A stretch of 64,000 bases of DNA. It comes from Trichoplax adhaerens. Lineage: Eukaryota > Animalia > Placozoa. Under the pieces are notes generated by a model. It worked only from the letters and a program-made list of their open reading frames with translations. It did not search any database and was not told the origin of the DNA. Below, piece after piece: positions 55,901 to 64,000 of the stretch (its first letter is position 1; each line of letters opens with the position of its first letter). The position numbers and the translations under genes were made by a program. The stretch lies in the NCBI RefSeq assembly GCF_000150275.1, contig NW_002060949.1, forward strand, positions 989,836 through 1,053,835. The letters are read 5' to 3'.

Positions 55901-57192
55901 TCCATTTGCGGTAATCATTACTGTCGATTACGTTGACTACAGTAGAAGTAATTAGCAACTATGAAATATCCATTTTTACATTAGTCCTTGAAGGTCGCTG
56001 CAAAAGATCCTAAACTGTTATTCATGTGCGTTATGGTATTTCTATCGTATTTACCAGAAGCTGGTGAATACTCGTGTATCTTCTTGTACTTACGCCAGGT
56101 AACATTGACTTAATGTATTCGTTAGCTCTAACCTGATATTATACTGAAAATATGATCAACTACTGTTAATATTAGTAAGGCCAGACTTAGCTTCGTTGAT
56201 AATTTAATTATTACCGTAATTCTACTGGTAGGTTATTGGACTTCCTTCTTCACAAGTAGCAATTTTAGTAGGTGTTACCGGTATTATGTCAGTAATAGCC
56301 CAAGTAAGACAAAATTCTTTGCAATATTATACTTTTTATTTACCCCGTTTGTATATTTATTGATCCATTATTATTGCTACATCATTATATATAGACATGG
56401 CTGATGTCGATATTTTCGAATACTTTTGGTATTTACAATACAGTCATAATCGGAATGATATGTCAAATAATCCAATTATTGTTGTATGGCCTGAGTATAC
56501 AGCCCAAGTATGTCATTTTTCTTAATGCATAATATTAATGTTGAAACTTAATGATAACAACTGACTTGATATTAAGTTTCTTTTATGTTTATGTTTGATT
56601 TTTTAAAGACTTATGTGGATAGCTTGCATATTTGCCGCAATATCATCCATAACTTACCCTACTCTAAACGCTATTATTTCTGTAGATGCTGATAAAAGTA
56701 GACAAGGTATTTTTAGTGGTTAATATACAGATAAAATAATTAAAATACTGTATGCATGCTTGAATAACATATAATAAATGTATCCTAAATTAACAGGTGT
56801 GGTACAAGGTATGGTAACTGGTGTTAGAGGTTTATGCAGTGGTTTAGGACCAGCATACTATGGTTTAATTTTCTACGCTTACCATGTTAACATTGCAAGT
56901 CAAGATGTATCACATAATCAGCTTGGACCACACAAGACCCCAAATGTGAATGATACTGTAGTCACCGTACAGGTAATTGCACAAAAAAATTATATTAACA
57001 TTCGTTGCATACGAATATCTTATAATACCGATGTACTGTATAATTGCATGCAATATTAATACTTGCTCTTAACTTTTACAGCCTTCATTACCTGGGCCTC
57101 CGTTCGTATTTAGTACTGTAATGGTGCTAATCGCGTTACTAATGATGGTAAGGCGAGCTGGGAAGAATAGATTAGTGCAAGTTCCTCTCTAA
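52930..57192 (+). CDS. MFSD14: MFS transporter of the MFSD14/HIAT1 family, 12 exons by my assembly
   Basis: GIDKPSVYHAAIIIFLEFFSWGLLT, ETFPKYTFLINGIIQGIKGILSFFSSPLIGSLSDSVGRKPFLLLTVF, FAYVADI...ERSSSYGLVSATFAASLIISPALG, MVPESL, ISWKKADPFA, FLSYLPEAGEYS, QGMVTGVRGLCSGLGPA, PGPPFVF. The first micro-exon (52930-52950, MDNSILA) is inferred and less certain. Confidence 0.94.
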
Positions 57193-58682
57193 TACAACTG
57201 ATTCAAATCAATAAACAATGGTGACTAATTTTCTTATGAGTGCCTATCCTTAATGATTATTCTATGTATAAATTCTGTATTAAATTAAGTTACTGTATCA
57301 TGGATACATTAAATTTTATGAGCTGTTTTACGTTAACCACATAGGTATAAAGATATATATTTATTAGCACCACTTGTACTTAGTATTTCTTTTCGAATAT
57401 TAAATTAATTATGGAAAGTTCGTTATTTCTAAAGATGCATATTAACTCTTTCGAAATACTGCTTGTATCCGGAATAAGCTTATTCACCCAACTATAGCTT
57501 GAAATTCTTATTCCTTGTTGATGTAACAATAATGAGCCAAGATGATACCGAAATTTTTTCTATTCGTATATCTCAAAGCATACAATTCATCTCATCAGTA
57601 GAAATAGAGCTATTATAATTACGCGTATGTGCGTTTCTAATCCAGTCATAACCATGATTTGTAGATGTGTTGTTTATACTCTCGTTACCCAGCTTATTAA
57701 GCTGATAAGCAAGCTTTGAAAGAGCTGATTTATTCTATTATTTCTTGTTCCGTTTCTGTAATAAAATGAGAATATCTCATATTTATTTGTATACGATTGA
57801 ATTTCTGATAACTTTAGTTGTTTTTTCATTGCCAATTAATTGCGTACATTTCGTACTGTTGAGTAATAGTTCTAAGGCGCTCCCTAAATGATTTGAACAT
57901 GCATTGCTGATCCTGCATTACATAATGCTATATAGCCATGGCATGTACGAGTATTTATTAATTTTAAACCTTGAAAATCAATCTTAAATTGCTAGATCAT
58001 ATCTTACTTGTTTTAGTTTTATAAATAACGAAATTTAACAATATAAAAGACTCGCAGGTACAGATTTTGTTAGCAATTCTATTCACTAAAATCGTTCTCA
58101 ACATCTTTATATCATTAAGCAACACGTACATTACGTAAGTATTTATGAACACTTTATTAGATGAAAACCTCTGATAGTAATAAGTTAGCACAGTCTAACC
58201 AGGCCTAACCTTATTCTGATTTAACTCTACTGTCAAATTTAATTATATAACTAAATAGATAGATTGCTCAGATGCAATTTTCTTATGATCATTGTTATCT
58301 TACTCATAAAATATTTTGAAACGCTTGTTTATTATGGTTATTGGACGGAATTAATACATTACTTTTTGTCCGTTTCCCTTTGAAGAAGTAACAGCCTATC
58401 TTCAATGCTAAAAGTCAACAAAAGTACCATAGAAAATTGTATTTATTTATTCGAATGAATATTGATGGCAACATATAACAATATTTTGGAAATAATATCA
58501 CTTGCCTAATTATATGGAAGTAAGATACCCATTAATAATCATTGCTTCATTTAGTTGTAGTAAGGAAGCAAAATTGTCATCTAGCAAGTGTTTATTTAGT
58601 TAAATAATTTTCTGGTTTTTAAAGGTAAATGATTGAATCGGTACCGGGTTGTAAATATGCTATCGTCAAGCCACTGGAAAGG

Positions 58683-58690
58683 TATAAAAG
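58683..58690 (+). promoter_or_regulatory. TATA box of the vitellogenin-like gene
   Basis: TATAAAAG, 100 bp upstream of the ATG at 58783. Confidence 0.6.
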
Positions 58691-58782
58691 TTGACCAATT
58701 ACCTGATTTCATTAGTGTTACTCGTTGAGACTTTCTGATAGAGTAGAAAACACAACGTGAAACAACAAGTTATCCGCTGGTC

Positions 58783-61700
58783 ATGATAAAAGTTATAGCG
58801 TTAATCTTATTGAGCCTTGCAGCTGTTCAAAACGGTGAGAAAAATTCATCAGACAGGAATTACTAAATGTTTAATTCACTAAAACTTTTTGATACTTGTT
58901 AATCTAAATTAAATAAGCGTATATTAAAATCATATGTACTATGCTGATGATAACTTACTATTCATTATCAGCATAATTTATTAACCTAGATTAAATTAGC
59001 GTTAGAACGATTCAAAAATTTATTTTATTACCCCTTACCTGTCTGTCTCAAATCAGCCCTCCATCATTTATTGCATTTACGTATATTTATACCACAAAGA
59101 AGGCATTAGTAAATTAACACTAGTTATTCTTAGGAGCTACGCTTCAGTAGCAAATATAAGCTTATGGTAGCCTCATTCTTCTTGTAAAATATCGTAACAA
59201 ATCATAGACGAAATAGTATCGCATAAATAAAGAAATAACAATGCTATACCTACAATTTATTTAAGTTCAATTTTGATGATTTATAAATGACTAACTATAT
59301 TGCTTAATTATATCTTTACATAAGAAGTTGCTGTTTGTATGTTTTTTCACGATTTATGTAGCTGCTACCACTATCCACAAGGATACCAATATCCTTAAGC
59401 CAGGATACTTGTATTCCTATGAATATGAGGGAGATACAGCTAGTGGTATATACGCAACAAGCGACAAATTCGCTGGATTAATGTTCAAGGCTAAAGCAAA
59501 TATTGGCATTCCTAGCAATAACTTGCGAAAAACTTATCTAAAGGTAAATCTATGTAATAAGCCATATCAATATTAATAGCAATAATAATTATTGTTATCT
59601 TCTTTCATACTATTTTCTATATTAACTTTGTTATTCCATTTGCAATATCGTCTACAGTTTATGCTATTGATCTTGCTGGTCATACGCACATCAATGAAAT
59701 CTTTCTTATTTCTTAATTAATTTATTTATTAAACAATAGCAGGAGTTTACACTCACTGTGGTCCTTATTTAATAAAATATGAATAAATTTAACTTATAAG
59801 TATCGAGATAGTATTGATTTTTAGGGCATTACATTAATTAAATTATGGTAATTTTACTATGAGAATTGATTGTACTAATTATAGCATAACTATCTCTATA
59901 TTACGTTAACCGTATAAATGAATTAAGCTTGTCTTCTATTTCCATAACTGAATATAGTTAGAACGTATGCAAGTCTTCTCCTTTAATGGTACATGGCCGC
60001 AATCAAGTAGCAGTCAGTACCAACCCGTTAAAGTCTCCGACACATTTTTAAAGCATATTCATCAACCGGTCACCTTCGATTATGAAAATGGCCGTGTAGG
60101 CAATATATATGCTCAACGTGATGAAACTGATGAAGCCATTAATATCAAGCGTGGTGTTATAAATTTGTTCCATCTTCCAGGTTTAAAATCTATCCAAAAA
60201 CACCCTCAAATTGTGCGCGATCTTGAGGTAGAAAAATTGCTGTAGCCGTAGTTATCATAAACTAAAGCGAACTTGTCACGATTATTTCTATATGAGTATA
60301 TCAAAAAAATTCATTTTTGTACTAGAGACAAGCAAGTAGTTGTATATAACAATATTCTCAATGCTCATTAAAATAGGAGGGAATTGAAGGCAAATGTGAA
60401 TCAATTTATCATGTTCAAGAGTCTAGTCCTCAAAATTGGATCATCGTTAAAGCAAGAAATATGAATAATTGTTCGTGTTGCCCAAGTCGTCAACGATCTA
60501 TTTGGAATTTACGAAATCAATCTTGTGAAACTCAGGTTTGCTTATTAACTGCGATAGTAAGGATGATCCTCAATGGTATATATTGTTTTTATAACCCTTC
60601 ATACTTTCAATGTCCAGCAGTCTAAATTCTTGAGATCCAATGTTGTCACGAGATATCAATTAAACAGTCAAAACAAACCGCAGTATGATATCGAAGCCGT
60701 AGAAACGGAAGCTAGCCATGTTTTCAGTCCATTCCGTGGAGATAAGGGCAGTGCCATGACAGTAATCAGGTTAATTTTCGGCAATTAGCTTTAACTTAAA
60801 TCAGATTTTAAAGTCATAAATAATCTGAAAATTTATCCAATTTCAACCCTGATGGTAATATAGGCAAAAGCTAAAACGAACAAGTCAGAAACAGCAAAGC
60901 ATTCCATTGCCAGGTAAGAGGGTAAAAAAGGCGATTAGTCATCACCTGTGTTTGTTATGCTTAAAATAGTTAAAAATTAGCCGTGAGCCTTTCAAATTCG
61001 TGAAGGCATGAATCAAAGTTGCACTGAATGATATAGGAAACTTAGTGTCAAGAGGCCCCATCGGTTTTCAATTTTGGCCATTGTCAATCACTGATAATCC
61101 AGCTGAACCAAATCTTAATGCAAAAGAAGAGGTAAAATTTAATGTTAGATAACAAGGAAGATTTGATAGTACCTATTCATTTTATAAGTATATATCGTTA
61201 CCTTCTATTTGAATACTTTTATCACTCAACTAGGCCTTGAAAATGCTAGAAAAGATTGCTGCAAAGTCGGAGAGTGAAGGAACTGATCCAATACCGTACT
61301 ATTTTATTCATTTAATCAATGCATTGAGAGGATTAAGCCAGACAGAATTGCGTAATATATACCAAAATCGTATTAGAAATCCCAAAGAAAGGTAATAATT
61401 ACCATAAAATATCCAATTATGGAAATCTATTTCATCATGAAGAAACTTAGGATATTCACTAGTGGAATGTAATACGATCACACAGTAGTTAAAAGAATGA
61501 AACTAAGATTGTTCATAAAATCGCTGGTGTCAACAAATACCAAATTATCGTTTCTTTTCTACTTTTACGAGCCGTAAAGAGTACATGTAGTGTATCTAGC
61601 ATGCTTGTTCGTTTCATCATGGAGTGATATAGAGGAATAGAATATCCATAAAATTGATTGCAATATCACATATAGCTAACTAGGTACATTATGGATTGCT

Positions 61701-63570
61701 CAAAATCTTTCGTACTTTCTACAACTTAATCTATCACTTGGAATCCACTAGTGGAGATTTTTAAAATAGTTAAACCTTTATGAATAAATTTCATATTCTT
61801 ACTCAAAAAATATCGATACTATAGATAGCTTACGGTCTAGCATGGCCACATAACGAGAACGATTACCTTATCGTAGAAATTAAATTCGCATTTGATAAAA
61901 CTAGTAATAGTCTACTTAAGTTTTGTCGTAGAATTACATATAGATACAATATTGAAAGATGGTAGTAAATTAATTATTTTAGTCGGTTAGCTTCAATCTT
62001 CATACTTTAGTCATAATATACACGTCTATTAAATTTGAAGCTCTATATTATGTTATAAAAATAATACTAATCGCTTTAATCTGTTAATTGAATTTTCCAT
62101 ATTTTTGGCAATAATATGCATTAAATTATAGAACTTATGTCATTCTATAGAATACTACTCTCATTCTTAGTGTCAAATATCTATCTATACTATACGCTAT
62201 CATTTACATTTATATTGATTATTCTAGGCAATGGCTACTTGATGCTTTAACTAGTATCGGTAATTCGGAATCGATGGTTCTTCTTGGCCAATTGATTAGT
62301 AGTAAGATACTTTCTGAAAAGGATGCTCCTCACATTTTTATTCGTATACCAATGGCTCAAAATGTAACAGAACCCATGGTAGAATCGCTTTTAGTAAGTT
62401 CCCAAGCGACCTATACTTTAATGTAGCGATGATCTTTAATAAAAATGGTCTATAATTAACACATTTATAGAATTATTATTAGACTTCACTCAATTTATCA
62501 ATTCTTAAGGAAAATAACATAAATAAACCTAATTTCAACATAGACTGTCTGCAAATTACCTGAAGTCAGGAATAGTATAGCTATGCATCGATCTTGCTGG
62601 TTGGCTTACGGTTCAAGTATTTTCAAGATGTGCAACTCCACGTATAACTGGAAAAATTGTCCCACAAAATATGTCCAAGTCTTGCATACCTCGTTGAATA
62701 AAGTAACTAGCAATAAAGACAAATTATTGTGCTTGAAAGCAATTGGTAATGCTGGTTCACCATCGAGCTTACCTGTTTTAGCTCAAAAAATCAATCAAAC
62801 ATCGCTCAGTCAAGATGAACGAGTGGCTGCCATTTACGCTATGAGAAGAATAGCTATCATAGAGCCTAAAGAGGTTTAAGTATAAAGCCAATATAAATTT
62901 GTATAGCAATTACAATTCACCTTACTTCTATCAAACTGCAATTAAGACTGTTCTTTGTTTACAATATTCATTCCCTAATTATAATCATTTTAACTTAACG
63001 TTCAAAATTGAATTCTAGAACAATTACACTATGGTAGTTAGTGTTATAGCTTCAACTACAGTACTATCGCGATTGCATTTTATAAGTAGCCTTAACAATT
63101 TAACGAAATGTAACAGTGTAGGTTGCAGCACCCGTCTCTGTAGATTTAATTTATTAGGCTGAAATAATATATTTGATATGAATCCCTGATAATATACATT
63201 CTTTTTTTCTGTTATCATCACTTTTTATAGCAAAACTAAAGTAGCGAATATTAAATGTTGTCCAATGAATGGATATATTCCATTCAATCATGATCACAAT
63301 CTTAGATTGCTAAGTCAGTAATAGTGATCAAGATCATTTTAAATAATATTAGGTTATCTCGACTCTTTTACCGATCCATCTCAGCCATAGCGAAAATACG
63401 GAAATCCGAATTGCTTCTGTTGTTGTCATCTTTGATACTAAACCTAGTTTAGCAGTCTTGGAATTAGTTGCTGATGGTGTTCGAAAGGAAATGGATCAAC
63501 AAGTAGCTAGCTTTGTATATTCTCATCTAGTTGCCGTCTCAAGCAACAAATTGAAATGTTCACAAGAACT
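58783..63570 (+). CDS. Vitellogenin-like large lipid transfer protein (Vitellogenin_N domain), 5' part; continues past the right edge
   Basis: Signal-peptide exon 58783-58834 (MIKVIALILLSLAAVQN), then ~10 exons: KPGYLYSYEYEG...AGLMFKA, PVTFDYENGRVGNIYA...NIKRGVINLF, EGIEGKCESIY, KARNMNNC, HVFSPF, LKAIGNAG, RVAAIYAMRR, EIRIASVVVIFDTKP...QQVASFVYSHL. Confidence 0.9.
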
Positions 63571-64000
63571 GTAAGTTCTTAATAATTAATAAGTGTATAG
63601 CTTTTAGTATTTTATGTCAAAGAATTTCATCTAAATTTCCTGGAATTGATCATAAAATTGAATAATTTGATAAAATTAATTGAATCTAAATTATAGTTAA
63701 TCTATCGAGTACGGTAATTTTTCTGATATCATATATTAAGTACTACCATCATGAGGTATAATGATTAAAAGTAAACATTTGATAAATATATAGGTATTTA
63801 CTATAGGTTATTTATGATTCTACTCGTCTGCCAAGTAATATGTTTAATTCCCTTACTATTGTACCCTCCGTAGTCCCACTTGTTCGCCCCTACCACTAAC
63901 CTAAACTTTTATTAAAGATGTCAGCAAAATACGATAAATAATATTATAACTACAATTATATCGTTAATTTAGCTCTTTAGTCTCTATAAATTTTCATTTA

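Noticed and set aside
1-64000. tRNA, rRNA, snoRNA or an intact transposase
   Set aside because: None recognisable by eye. Covariance-model searches (tRNAscan-SE, Infernal/Rfam) would be needed to exclude small RNAs.

Overview
AT-rich, intron-dense animal genomic DNA, not prokaryotic. Short GT-AG introns, compact spacing and ancestral-looking gene structures suggest an early-branching metazoan, most consistent with a placozoan such as Trichoplax (inference, not verified). Nine protein-coding genes were assembled by reading splice sites: Wntless (-, runs off the left edge), NDUFA7 (-), TMEM59 (+), ATPAF1/ATP11 (-), RNF180 (+), an activin/inhibin-beta-like TGF-beta ligand (+), HECTD3 (-), MFSD14/HIAT1 (+) and a vitellogenin-like lipid transfer protein (+, runs off the right edge). 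Most notable: (1) palindromic TACTG/CAGTA arrays sit in all three divergent housekeeping promoters and are absent from the TATA-type promoters; (2) the activin-like ligand has no furin RXXR site before its mature domain, only a 3x15-bp repeat encoding FKSxx; (3) a ~20 kb gene-poor region upstream of that ligand is rich in AP-1 motifs, with GGCGCC and CRE motifs in and around the gene; (4) exon-like segments suggest hidden or decayed genes in and upstream of HECTD3 and at ~26 kb; (5) the gene set matches the human 1p/19p/5q/9q paralogon. All homology calls come from remembered sequence motifs; no searches were run.
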